The notes under the pieces are model-generated. The model had not been told where the DNA came from. It saw only the letters and a program-made list of their open reading frames with translations, and searched no databases. A program made the position numbers and the translations under genes. Positions 35,612-45,619 of a stretch of 64,000 nucleotides of DNA are shown one piece after another (position 1 is the first letter of the stretch; the number at the start of each line of letters is the position of its first letter). Source of the stretch: an uncultured Solirubrobacterales bacterium (GTDB lineage Bacteria; Actinomycetota; Thermoleophilia; Solirubrobacterales; 70-9); assembly GCA_963719435.1 (NCBI GenBank), contig OY970384.1, positions 2,623,835 through 2,687,834 of the forward strand, read 5' to 3'.

Positions 35612-36769
35612 ATGACCGCGATGGCACTTCCGACCAAGGACCAGATCACCGAGCAGCTGCGCGCGGTCATCGACCCCGAGCTGCGCAAGAACATCGTCGA
35701 GCTCGGCATGGTGCGCTCGATCGACGTCCAGGAGAGCGGCCGGGTCGAGGTGATCGTCTCGCTGACCACCGCCGGCTGCCCGATCCGCTCCCACTTCGAA
35801 CAGGCGGTCGCCGGGCAGGTCTCCGCGCTGGAGGGCGTGACCTCCGTCGGCGTCGGCTTCGACGTCCTCTCCGACGACGAGAAAGGCGCGCTGCAGCAGA
35901 GCCTGGGCCGCGGCAAGCTGCCGCAGGGGGCGCTGGCCAAGGTCAAGAACGTGATCTGCATCTCCTCCGGCAAGGGCGGTGTCGGCAAGTCGACGATGAC
36001 CGCCAACCTGGCGGCGGCGCTGACCGCCGAAGGGCACGCCGCCGGCGCCCTCGACGCCGACGTCTACGGCTACTCGATCCCGCGCATGCTCGGGGTCAAC
36101 CACAAGCCGGAGGTGAACGGCGAGCGCAAGATCCTGCCGCTGGACAGCCCCAGCGGGGTCAAGGTGATGTCGATCGGCTTCTTCGTCGAGGACAACGCGG
36201 CGGTCGTCTGGCGCGGCCCGATGCTGCACAAGGCGATCCAGCAGTTCCTCGAGGACGTCGCCTGGGACGAGCTGGAGTACCTCCTCCTCGACCTGCCGCC
36301 CGGCACCGGCGACGTCTCGATGACGCTCGCCCAGCTATTGCCGCAGGCCAAGTTCGTCGTCGTCACCACGCCGCAGCCGGCGGCCCAGTCGGTGGCCCGG
36401 CGCGGGGCCGAGATGGCGGCCAAATTCGACCTCGAGATCCTCGGCGTGATCGAGAACATGTCCGGCTTCACCACCCCCGACGGCGAGCGCTTCACGATCT
36501 TCGGCGAGGGCGGCGGCCAGCTGCTGGCCGACGAGCTCGACGTGCCGCTGCTGGGCAAGGTGCCGCTCTCCGAGCCGCTGCGCGAGCACGCCGACTCCGG
36601 CTCACCGCTGGTCCTCGCCGAGCCCGATGCCCCCGCCTCCCAGGCGATCCGCCAGGCCGCCCGCGGCATCATCGCGGCGACCCCGCAGGAGCTGCCGGTG
36701 CTGCAGGCGACGCCGAGCCCGGCCGAAGCGCCGCCGGTCAGCGGGACGCCGCTTCCCGTCGTTCAGTAA
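35612..36769 (+). CDS. apbC: Mrp/ApbC/NBP35-family Fe-S cluster carrier ATPase
   Basis: ATG 35612. N-terminal MIP18/DUF59-like domain ([16 protein letters not shown]), deviant Walker [13 protein letters not shown] and the CxxC-type region. Confidence 0.9.
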   Translation: MTAMALPTKDQITEQLRAVIDPELRKNIVELGMVRSIDVQESGRVEVIVSLTTAGCPIRSHFEQAVAGQVSALEGVTSVGVGFDVLSDDEKGALQQSLGRGKLPQGALAKVKNVICISSGKGGVGKSTMTANLAAALTAEGHAAGALDADVYGYSIPRMLGVNHKPEVNGERKILPLDSPSGVKVMSIGFFVEDNAAVVWRGPMLHKAIQQFLEDVAWDELEYLLLDLPPGTGDVSMTLAQLLPQAKFVVVTTPQPAAQSVARRGAEMAAKFDLEILGVIENMSGFTTPDGERFTIFGEGGGQLLADELDVPLLGKVPLSEPLREHADSGSPLVLAEPDAPASQAIRQAARGIIAATPQELPVLQATPSPAEAPPVSGTPLPVVQ

Positions 36770-36808
36770 GCGCTGCGCCGTCGGTCGTTCGAGACGAGGG
36801 CCAGTGAG

Positions 36809-36954
36809 GGAGGGGTCTGGTCGTCCTCTGGGCGAATTTAGTCGCGCGCCCTTCGGGCGCAGCTCCGGATGTTGGAGCGCGCCTATGGCGCGCAAATAAC
36901 AGATTGCATATCGCCGCTGCGCGACATTCGCCCAGAGGACGACCAGACCCCTCC
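36809..36954 (+). repeat. element E1: perfect 29-bp outer stem enclosing an 88-nt conserved, internally structured core (candidate structured RNA or palindromic mobile element)
   Basis: Arms are 36809-36837 GGAGGGGTCTGGTCGTCCTCTGGGCGAAT and 36926-36954 (exact reverse complement). The core holds the GTCGCGC/GCGCGAC stem and the hairpins GCGCCC-TTC-GGGCGC and GCGCGCC-TAT-GGCGCGC. Confidence 0.85.
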
Positions 36955-37070
36955 AACGACACGCACTGTCAGGACGGCCAAGGATGCGGGACCTCTTCAG
37001 CGAAGAAGCCACGCCCCGCACCTTCTAAGTGGGGACCGAGGGTTCTTACGTCTGCCGGAGTTCGCTCCGT

Positions 37071-37222
37071 GGGACGGGTGTCGGTACTCCCCCGCGGGAA
37101 TGTCGCGAAGCGGCGGAAATGCAATTCGATTCCTGCCCGCCATAGGCGGGCACAACCATCCGGAGCCGCCCGCGACAGCGGGCGCGACTCAATTCACGCG
37201 GGGGAGTACCGACACCCGTCCC
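37071..37222 (-). repeat. element E2: perfect 26-bp outer stem enclosing a 100-nt core homologous to E1 in inverted orientation
   Basis: Arms are 37071-37096 GGGACGGGTGTCGGTACTCCCCCGCG and 37197-37222 (exact reverse complement). The reverse-complemented core aligns with the E1 core: GAATTGAGTCGCGC...GCTCCGGATG...GCCCGCCTATGGCGGGC...ATTGCAT...GCCGCTTCGCGACATTC. Confidence 0.85.
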
Positions 37223-37240
37223 CCGCAACCCTCCCGGCAC

Positions 37241-37270
37241 AAAAAAAGGGCCGCCCGGAGGCGACCCTTT
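37241..37270 (-). terminator. rho-independent terminator of fdxA
   Basis: Minus strand reads AAAGGGTCGCC-TCCG-GGCGGCCCTTT followed by TTTTGTG, 25 nt after the fdxA stop. Confidence 0.7.
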
Positions 37271-37294
37271 CGAAGCTGGTGCGCGGCGCGGCTA

Positions 37295-37564
37295 CTAAGC
37301 GGCTTTGCTCTTGTAGTAGTTCGCGTTGATCTCCGCGTATTTGGCCCACTCGGCCGGGAGCTGGTCCTCGGCGAAGCAGGCGTCGACCGGGCAGGCCTCG
37401 ACGCAGGCGTCGCAGTCGATGCACTCGTCCGGGTCGATGTAGAGCATCTCCACCGAGTCGTAGTCGGGCTCGTCCGGCGTCGGGTGGATGCAGTCGACAG
37501 GGCATACCTCGACGCACGAGTTGTCCTTTTGGCCGATGCATGGCTCGGCGATGACGTAGGTCAT
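37295..37564 (-). CDS. fdxA: 7Fe (3Fe-4S/4Fe-4S) ferredoxin
   Basis: 89 aa from ATG 37564, preceded by AGGAGAAG. Cysteine pattern CIGQKDNSCVEVCPVDC...CIDCDACVEACP. It is the tail of a 1365-aa shadow ORF. Confidence 0.9.
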   Translation of the reverse strand: MTYVIAEPCIGQKDNSCVEVCPVDCIHPTPDEPDYDSVEMLYIDPDECIDCDACVEACPVDACFAEDQLPAEWAKYAEINANYYKSKAA

Positions 37565-37690
37565 TCGAATGCTTCTCCTAAGTCGGTTTCCGGGTGCCCG
37601 CCGGGGACCCCGGCCAAGCGCTAGCGCCCATTTTAGGGATTGGCACCCGTGCCACGGTGCGCGGGGTCGGAGAAGTAGCCATAAATCGTC

Positions 37691-40294
37691 TTGAGCGGCA
37701 GCAGCAGGGGCCTTATCGTGCACTCCCCCGTGTCTCGTCCCGGCCTCTCGATCCTTGCCGCCGCGTTGGCCCTGCTCGCCGCCGCGCCCGCTGCCGTCGC
37801 CGGCGAGCACGCGGCGGCGCCGGAGGGCGCGCCGGCCACCGCTCCCACCGTCTTCGCCCCCGGCGACGTGATCGTGCAGTGGGCGGCGGGCGCCGGCCAC
37901 GCGGACAAGGTCGACGCGCGCGTCGACGCCGATGTCCGCTTCAGCGCCGATCTCGGCAGCCGCAACTTCCAGCTGGTCGCGGTCGAAGCCGGTCAGTCCA
38001 CGGCCGAGGCGGTCGCCACGCTGGCAACCGACCCCGCGGTCGCGGTGGCCGAACGCGACGGCTACCGGAGCACCGACGCGGTCCCCAACGACGAACTCTT
38101 CCCGCAGCTCTGGGGGCTGCAGAACCAGGGCCTGGGGATCGACGGCTTCGCCGGCGCGCTCGCCGGCGCCGACGTCGGCGCGGTCAGCGCCTGGGACCGC
38201 ACCATCGGGACGCCGACGACCGTCGTCGCCGACATCGACTCCGGCTACCGCTTCGACCATCCCGACCTGGCGAACGTGGCCTGGACCAACCAGACCGAGG
38301 CCGCTGGGGTCGCGGGGGTCGACGACGACGCCAACGGGGTGATCGACGACCTGCACGGGGCCGACTTCATCGGCGCCAACGGGGAAGCGCCGGTGACCGA
38401 CGGCGACCCGACCGACGACGACTTCCTCACCGGCGGCCACGGCGTCCACACGGCCGGCACGATCGGCGCCCAGGGCGACAACGGCATCGGCATCACCGGC
38501 GTCGCCCAGGACGTCCGCATCATGCCGCTGCGCGCCTGCTCGCGCTACCCCGCGCTCGAAGACGGCCGCTGCCGGATCTCCTCGGTGGTCGCCGCGATCA
38601 ACTATGCCGACGCGATGGGCGCGCGGGTGGTGAACATGTCGCTGGGAGGCAACACCGCCTTCCAGACCGAAGTCAACGCGATCGCCGCGGCCAAGGACAT
38701 GCTGTTCGTGATCTCGGCCGGCAACGACGGCTCCGACAACGACGGCGGCGGCGCGGCGCCAGCCGGGCACCATTACCCCTGCGACTACGAACCGGTGACC
38801 CAGGCTTCGCCCGCGGTGCCGGGGGCGATCGACAACATCGTCTGCGTCGCCGCGACCGACCAGGCCGACGGGCTCGCCGGCTTCTCCGATTGGGGCGCGA
38901 CCTCGGTCGACGTGGGCGCACCGGGCACCGAGACCCTCAGCACCTATCCCTTCGTCACCCCTCTCGAAGAGAGCTTCGCGGTCGACGACTTCGCCTCGAA
39001 ATGGCCCGCCAGCGGCGTCAGCGGCGGCTTCGAGCGCACCAACCAGGCGCCCCTGACCTCCTTCGGGATGACCGACTCGACCGCCGCGCCGCTCGCCGGC
39101 AGCGTGCGGGAGACGACCTCGACGGCGGTCACGGTGCCGCCCAACGCCGGCTGCAGGCTGAACCAGACGCGGCGCGTCGTCCGGCCCGGGGCCGAGCGCT
39201 ACCGCTACTCGGTGCTGCTCAACGGGGTCGAGCAGGCCCTCACCGTCTTCGAACCCGCCGGCACCGCGGGAACGGGTCTGGAGCGGCGCTTCCTCGACCT
39301 CCCCGCCGCCTTCAAAGCCGGTGGCTCGGTGCAGGTCCGGTTCCGCTTCACCGCCGGGGCCACGCCGTCGCCCACCGCGGGCGTCTGGCTCGACGACGTC
39401 TCGATCGTCTGTGCGCAGGCACTCGGCCAGGCCTCTGCCTACGGCCTGCTGCAGGGGACCTCGATGGCGGCCCCGCACGTGACCGGCGCCGCCGGACTGC
39501 TGTTCTCCAAAGAACCCGCGGCGACCGTGACCGAGGTGCGCGACGCCCTGCTCGCCGGCGTCGACGCGATCCCGTCGCTGACGAGCCGGACGACCACCGG
39601 GGGACGGCTGGACATCCCCAAGGCCCTCGACAGCCTCGAAGGCCTGACCGTCGACCACGTCGCGCCGCCGAAACCGCTCCTCACCGGGACCGTGCCCGGC
39701 TCCGGATCCGACGACAACCACCCCAGGATCAGGGGATCGGCCGAGGCCGGGGCGACCGTCACCCTGTTCAAGAGCCTGGGCTGCACCGGGTCGCCGATCG
39801 CCAGCGGGACCGCCGCCGAACTCGCCGGGGCGGGGATTCCCGTCACGGTGACGGACAACTCGATCACCTTCCTCACCGCAAGCGCGACCGACGCGGCGCG
39901 CAACAGGTCGTCCTGCTCCGCGGCCACCTCCTACCTCGAGGACACGCCGCCGCCCGGTGAAGGCGGGGGCGGCGGTGGCGGGAACGGCGGTGGCGGTGGA
40001 AGCGGAGACAGCGGTGGCGGGATCACCCCGCCTCCCAGCGCACCCCCCACCGCGCCCGTACCCCCCGTCTGCAAGGTCCCGAAGCTGGCCGGCCTCTCGC
40101 TCGCCAAAGCCAAATCGGCGCTGACGGGAGCGCACTGCACGCTCGGCAAGATCACGCAGCCGAAAGCCAGGAAAGGCCACAGGCTCGGCGCCCTCATCGT
40201 CAAGTCCTCGAGCCCGGCCGCCGGCGCCACCGCCGCCGGGGCGGTCAGCCTCACCCTCGGCCCGAAGCCGAAGCCAAAGCCGCCCCGCCACTAG
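37691..40294 (+). CDS. secreted S8 subtilisin-family serine protease with Ig-like and C-terminal PASTA-like domains
   Basis: Catalytic triad contexts VVADIDSGY, HGVHTAGTIGA and GTSMAAPHVTGAAGLL. Signal peptide, Gly-rich linker and tail CKVPKLAGLSLAKAKSALTGAHCTLGKI...IVKSSSPAAG. Start is TTG 37691 or GTG 37718. Confidence 0.9.
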   Translation: MSGSSRGLIVHSPVSRPGLSILAAALALLAAAPAAVAGEHAAAPEGAPATAPTVFAPGDVIVQWAAGAGHADKVDARVDADVRFSADLGSRNFQLVAVEAGQSTAEAVATLATDPAVAVAERDGYRSTDAVPNDELFPQLWGLQNQGLGIDGFAGALAGADVGAVSAWDRTIGTPTTVVADIDSGYRFDHPDLANVAWTNQTEAAGVAGVDDDANGVIDDLHGADFIGANGEAPVTDGDPTDDDFLTGGHGVHTAGTIGAQGDNGIGITGVAQDVRIMPLRACSRYPALEDGRCRISSVVAAINYADAMGARVVNMSLGGNTAFQTEVNAIAAAKDMLFVISAGNDGSDNDGGGAAPAGHHYPCDYEPVTQASPAVPGAIDNIVCVAATDQADGLAGFSDWGATSVDVGAPGTETLSTYPFVTPLEESFAVDDFASKWPASGVSGGFERTNQAPLTSFGMTDSTAAPLAGSVRETTSTAVTVPPNAGCRLNQTRRVVRPGAERYRYSVLLNGVEQALTVFEPAGTAGTGLERRFLDLPAAFKAGGSVQVRFRFTAGATPSPTAGVWLDDVSIVCAQALGQASAYGLLQGTSMAAPHVTGAAGLLFSKEPAATVTEVRDALLAGVDAIPSLTSRTTTGGRLDIPKALDSLEGLTVDHVAPPKPLLTGTVPGSGSDDNHPRIRGSAEAGATVTLFKSLGCTGSPIASGTAAELAGAGIPVTVTDNSITFLTASATDAARNRSSCSAATSYLEDTPPPGEGGGGGGGNGGGGGSGDSGGGITPPPSAPPTAPVPPVCKVPKLAGLSLAKAKSALTGAHCTLGKITQPKARKGHRLGALIVKSSSPAAGATAAGAVSLTLGPKPKPKPPRH

Positions 40295-40306
40295 CATCGG
40301 CAGCTC

Positions 40307-41194
40307 ATGCTGCTGCTGACGGGGGCAACTGGAAGCATCGGGTCGCGGCTGCTGCCGCTGCTGCTGGAGAGCGGCGAGGACGTGCGCTGCCTGGTGCGCG
40401 AGCCGCGGCGGCTGGGGGCGCGGCGGGTCGACGTGCAGATCGCCCTCGGCGACCTCGGTGAGATGTCGGACCCCTACCTGGTGCGGCAGGCGCTGCGCGG
40501 GGTCGACACCGTGATCCACCTGGCGGCGACGATCCGCGACCAGCCGCCGAAACGGATCGAGGAGCTGAACGGGCTGGCGACGGTTCGCCTCTTGCGGGCG
40601 GCCGAGCGCAGCGGCGTCGAGCGCTTCCACTTCTTCAGCGCCCTCGACGCCTACGCCGCCCAGCGCACCCGCTTCTTCCGCGCCAAGTGGCTGGCCGAGC
40701 AGGCCGTCACCTCCTCGCCGCTGGCGAGCGCCGTCTTCGCGCCCTCGATCGTCTACGACCACAGCGACCCCTGGATCACGCTGCTGCGCCGCTTCTCCTT
40801 CCTGCCGGTGCTGCCGGTCTCCGGCACGGGCGAGGCCCGCTTCCAGCCGATCTGGGCCGAGGACGTGGCCCGCTGCGTGGTCGCGGCGCTGGCCGCCGGC
40901 GAGGCGCGGCCGCGCTACGAGCTGGCCGGGCCGGAGACGCTCAGCTACGACCAGATGTCGGACCTGGTCAGCCGCGTCGCCGGCCGGCCGCGGCCACTGG
41001 TCCACCTGCCGCTGGGGCTGGTGCGCTCGGGCCTGATCGGGCTCCGCTCCGTTTTCGGCGAGGCCGTGTTTGCAACCTGGGAGGAGGCCGAGCTGATGGA
41101 GGTCTCCATGGTCAGCGAGCGTGGAACCGCCGATGTGCAGGCGCTCGGAGTCGAGCCGCGAAGGATGAGCGATGTCTTGGAGGGCCCTCAGTAG
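40307..41194 (+). CDS. NAD(P)H-binding Rossmann-fold protein (NmrA/NDUFA9-like, atypical SDR)
   Basis: 295 aa. N-terminal LLTGATGSIGSRLL glycine motif. Confidence 0.7.
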   Translation: MLLLTGATGSIGSRLLPLLLESGEDVRCLVREPRRLGARRVDVQIALGDLGEMSDPYLVRQALRGVDTVIHLAATIRDQPPKRIEELNGLATVRLLRAAERSGVERFHFFSALDAYAAQRTRFFRAKWLAEQAVTSSPLASAVFAPSIVYDHSDPWITLLRRFSFLPVLPVSGTGEARFQPIWAEDVARCVVAALAAGEARPRYELAGPETLSYDQMSDLVSRVAGRPRPLVHLPLGLVRSGLIGLRSVFGEAVFATWEEAELMEVSMVSERGTADVQALGVEPRRMSDVLEGPQ

Positions 41195-42335
41195 AGCCGC
41201 AGCGCTGGCGACCGCGATGGTCGTCCTCGGCGTCGCCCCCGCCGGGGCGATGAGCCTGGTGCCGCCGAAACCGAGCGTGTTCCTCGGCGTCAGCGACAGC
41301 GGCAGCACCCAGGAGTTCAACGAATTCGCCGAATTCACCGGCAAGCGCCCGGCCCTGCTGCAGACCTTCCACCCCTGGGGCAATAGCCTCAACGCCGCCT
41401 ACGAACGCTGGCGCGAAACCTGGACGCGGCCGATCCTGGCGATCTCCACCGCCGACGACCAGACCCTGGCGGAGATCATCACCCCCGAACAGATCGCGCT
41501 CGGCGGCGGCGACGACTACCTGCTGCAGCTGAACGACTTCTTCGCCAAAAAAGGGCTGCCCGCCTACATCCGCCCGCTCGGCGAGCCCAACCGCTGCCTC
41601 AACCTCTGGTCGGCGGTCAACTGCGACGGCAGCCAGAAAGGCGGTTCGCACAGCACCGGCTGGTACAAGCAGGCCTTCCGCCGCATCGCCGCGATCGTCC
41701 GCGGCGGTCAGACGCTGGAAGGGATCAACGCGACCCTGGCCGAAATCGGCTTGCCGCCGCTGAACCGGACCAAGGGCCCGAATCCCGAAAGCCTGCCGGC
41801 GGCGCCGGTGAGCATCGTCTGGAGCCCGCTGCCGGGCGGCTCGCCGCGGGTCAAAGGCAACTTCCCCGGCAACTACTGGCCCGGCAGCCGCTGGGTCGAC
41901 TGGGTCGGCACCGACTTCTACTCGCAGTATCCGGTCTGGAAAGACCTCAACCGCTTCTACGCCGGCGTGCAGTGGAAGTCCAAGCCGGTGGCGGTGACCG
42001 AGTGGGCGGTCTCGGCGATCGACGAACCGCGCTTCGTCAAACAGCTGATCGCCTGGGTGGTCAAGCGCCAGCGGGTGCGGATGCTCGTCTACTACAGCGG
42101 CGTCGGCCCCGGCAACCAGTACGACCTCAAGCTCTACCCGCGCACCGCCAACACCCTGCGCCTGAAGATCCGCCGCGCCAACTTCCTCTCCTCCGCCGAC
42201 TACAACGCCGGCCTGCTGCCCGCGCTGCCGCCGAAGCCGAAGAAAACGACGCCGAAACCCGCGCCGGCTCCCACTCCGGCACCCGCGCCAGCACCGGTGC
42301 CGGAAACGCCGCCGGCGCCCGAACCGACCCCATAG
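41172..42335 (+). CDS. secreted glycoside hydrolase, GH26-like, with a Pro/Ala/Thr-rich tail
   Basis: AAGGA RBS precedes the ATG. Signal peptide, RPLGEPN, WVDWVGTDFY and AVTEWA motifs (GH26-like). 23-nt overlap with the upstream gene. Confidence 0.65.
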   Translation: MSWRALSRAAALATAMVVLGVAPAGAMSLVPPKPSVFLGVSDSGSTQEFNEFAEFTGKRPALLQTFHPWGNSLNAAYERWRETWTRPILAISTADDQTLAEIITPEQIALGGGDDYLLQLNDFFAKKGLPAYIRPLGEPNRCLNLWSAVNCDGSQKGGSHSTGWYKQAFRRIAAIVRGGQTLEGINATLAEIGLPPLNRTKGPNPESLPAAPVSIVWSPLPGGSPRVKGNFPGNYWPGSRWVDWVGTDFYSQYPVWKDLNRFYAGVQWKSKPVAVTEWAVSAIDEPRFVKQLIAWVVKRQRVRMLVYYSGVGPGNQYDLKLYPRTANTLRLKIRRANFLSSADYNAGLLPALPPKPKKTTPKPAPAPTPAPAPAPVPETPPAPEPTP

Positions 42336-42344
42336 GCACTGCTC

Positions 42345-42379
42345 TTGTCCTTTGTAACCCTCTGGGTGACAAAGGACAA
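42345..42379. repeat. palindrome TTGTCCTTTGT-N13-ACAAAGGACAA
   Basis: Read directly from the sequence, 10 nt after the stop of 41172..42335. Shares the GTCCTTTGT/ACAAAGGAC core with the palindrome at 54193..54237. Confidence 0.8.
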
Positions 42380-42433
42380 AGGCGTGGGTCCAGGGGCGTG
42401 ATGCGAGCGCGGAGAGGCGGCGCGGGCGCGGGC

Positions 42434-42467
42434 AAAAAGAGGGCCCCGGCGCTTGCCGGGGCCCTCT
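42434..42467 (-). terminator. rho-independent terminator of groEL
   Basis: Minus strand reads AGAGGGCCCCGGC-AAGC-GCCGGGGCCCTCT followed by TTTTTG, 25 nt after the groEL stop. Confidence 0.75.
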
Positions 42468-42491
42468 GGAACAGCAGTCGCGGAAGGCGAC

Positions 42492-44135
<1,644 letters not shown>

Positions 44136-44179
44136 GTGTATTCAGTCCTCCTTGGTTCTTCTAGGTCCGATGGGGAAGG

Positions 44180-44470
44180 TCAGCTGATCTTGGCGAGGAT
44201 GTCCGACTCTTTGACCACGAGCAGATCCTCTCCGTCGACAGTGACCTCGTTGACGGAGTACTTGGAGAACAGCACCTCGTCGCCCTCGCTCACGTCGAGC
44301 TCGCGGCGGCTGCCGTCTTCCTTGAGTTCGCCATTTCCCACGGCGAGGACCTTGCCTCTTTCGGGCTTCTCCTTCGACGCCGTGTCGGGGAGCACCAGGC
44401 CGCTGGCGGTCGTCTGCTCCTCCTCGATGGGCTTGACGATCACTCGGACCCCTAGGGGCTTCAACTTCAT
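44180..44470 (-). CDS. groES: co-chaperonin GroES
   Basis: 96 aa from ATG 44470 (MKLKPLGVRVIVKPIEEEQTTASGLVLP...). Confidence 0.95.
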   Translation of the reverse strand: MKLKPLGVRVIVKPIEEEQTTASGLVLPDTASKEKPERGKVLAVGNGELKEDGSRRELDVSEGDEVLFSKYSVNEVTVDGEDLLVVKESDILAKIS

Positions 44471-44553
44471 CCGTGAACCTCCGTTATCGGTGCGTGTTTT
44501 GCTGTCAAAGTCAGGAATTGCCGCTGGGGAGCCGATTTCGGCGCCGCGCGGCG

Positions 44554-44580
44554 TTGGCACTCTCACAGGTGGAGTGCCAA
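44554..44580. promoter_or_regulatory. CIRCE operator (HrcA-binding inverted repeat) upstream of groES
   Basis: TTGGCACTC-N9-GAGTGCCAA compared with the consensus TTAGCACTC-N9-GAGTGCTAA. Located 84 nt upstream of the groES ATG. Confidence 0.85.
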
Positions 44581-44633
44581 CAGAGGTGAAAGATAGCGAG
44601 GTCGGCGTCGCGGTCAAGCGCCGCCGGCTGAAT

Positions 44634-45110
44634 TCAGTCCGTGGCCAGCAGCCTGCAACCGAGCAACCGGGCGATCCCCTCGCCGCCGCGCGCCATCACC
44701 CAGTCGTGGTTCCACTCGAAGGCCGGCCGCAGCAGCGGCGCCAGCGTGTTCATCCACGGCTTCGTCGTCTTCACGTTCCACTCGTAGAGGACCGCGGTGA
44801 TGCCGCCCTGCTCGTAGAGGCGCCAGCGCCCGATCCCCTCCAGCTCCCCGACCGCGTGGCCTTCGAGCAGGTGCGGGTGCTCGACCCGGGTCGTCGTCAC
44901 CTCGAACTCGACCCGGTAGGGCAGCAGGCTCTTCCAGACCATGCGCGAGACGGTGCCGACGTCGGCACCGTCGGGCGGGCGGCTCAGCTCCTCGGCCGCC
45001 TCGACCCCGCGCCACCACCGCGGCCAGCGCTCCTGGTCGTGGATCGCCTCCCAGACCGGCTGGCGCGGGGAATCGAGCAGCCAGGTCGTCAGGAACGCGT
45101 ACTCCGCCAT
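44634..45110 (-). CDS. SRPBCC (START/polyketide cyclase-like) superfamily protein
   Basis: 158 aa. Pattern LDSPRQPVWEAIHDQERWPRWW...YRVEFEVTTTRVE...GIGRWRL is typical of the SRPBCC fold. Confidence 0.7.
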   Translation of the reverse strand: MAEYAFLTTWLLDSPRQPVWEAIHDQERWPRWWRGVEAAEELSRPPDGADVGTVSRMVWKSLLPYRVEFEVTTTRVEHPHLLEGHAVGELEGIGRWRLYEQGGITAVLYEWNVKTTKPWMNTLAPLLRPAFEWNHDWVMARGGEGIARLLGCRLLATD

Positions 45111-45514
45111 CAGTTGCGGTGCGGCGTCTCCCCGTTGCCGATGTGCGGCTTCGGCGACTCGGTGATCTGCGAGAAGCGGATCACGGTGACGGCGTCCTCT
45201 TCGAGGATCGGCCGGCTGTAGATCTGCTCGAGGAACTTGCGCTCGTCCTCGAGCCGGCGGAACTCGGGGTTGTCGTGCTCGATGTCGCGCCGCGAGAGGT
45301 CCTTGAGCTTCTTCACCTCGACGTCGTCGATCACCGCGGCGAAGATTTTCTCGCGCGGGCTGTGGCGGAAGCCGACCGTGACCCAGACGACCTGGCCGCG
45401 CTCGTACTTGCCGCTCTTGTCGCCGAGCCGGATCGTCGCGGTCTTGCGCCCTCGCTTCAGCTGGTCGACGAAGACCGCTGAGTAGAAGTTCAAGACATAG
45501 GTGCCGCCCTTCAT
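45110..45514 (-). CDS. ASCH-domain protein
   Basis: 134 aa from ATG 45514, containing FVDQLKRGRKTATIRLGD...G. Its stop overlaps the SRPBCC start by 1 nt. It is the tail of an 808-aa shadow ORF. Confidence 0.55.
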   Translation of the reverse strand: MKGGTYVLNFYSAVFVDQLKRGRKTATIRLGDKSGKYERGQVVWVTVGFRHSPREKIFAAVIDDVEVKKLKDLSRRDIEHDNPEFRRLEDERKFLEQIYSRPILEEDAVTVIRFSQITESPKPHIGNGETPHRN

Positions 45515-45619
45515 GCGCCGCGAGCGTATAGGACGGCGTCGTCCGGCCGTGTGGACACCTGTTCTACCCAAATCTGGGAACCATTCGAGTTTTGCGGCGA
45601 GCGGCCGATGGAGGGAGTC

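Noticed and set aside
36869-37240. Possible small conserved peptide inside E1/E2. The E1 frame gives MLERAYGAQITDCIS... and the E2 frame gives MVVPAYGGQESNCIS..., so both show AYG.Q...CIS.
   Set aside because: The similarity follows the nucleotide conservation of the core. A 1-nt indel (ATATC-GCCGCT vs ATTTCCGCCGCT) shifts the frame right after CIS, so the downstream residues are unrelated. There is no RBS. The ORFs run through the paired outer stems. Nucleotide or structure conservation explains the pattern better than coding.
40307-42335. The 23-nt overlap between 40307..41194 and 41172..42335 as a sign of a frameshifted fusion gene.
   Set aside because: The two products belong to unrelated families, a cytoplasmic Rossmann-fold protein and a secreted GH with its own signal peptide. 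The downstream ATG also has a good AAGGA RBS. This is an ordinary overlapping gene pair.
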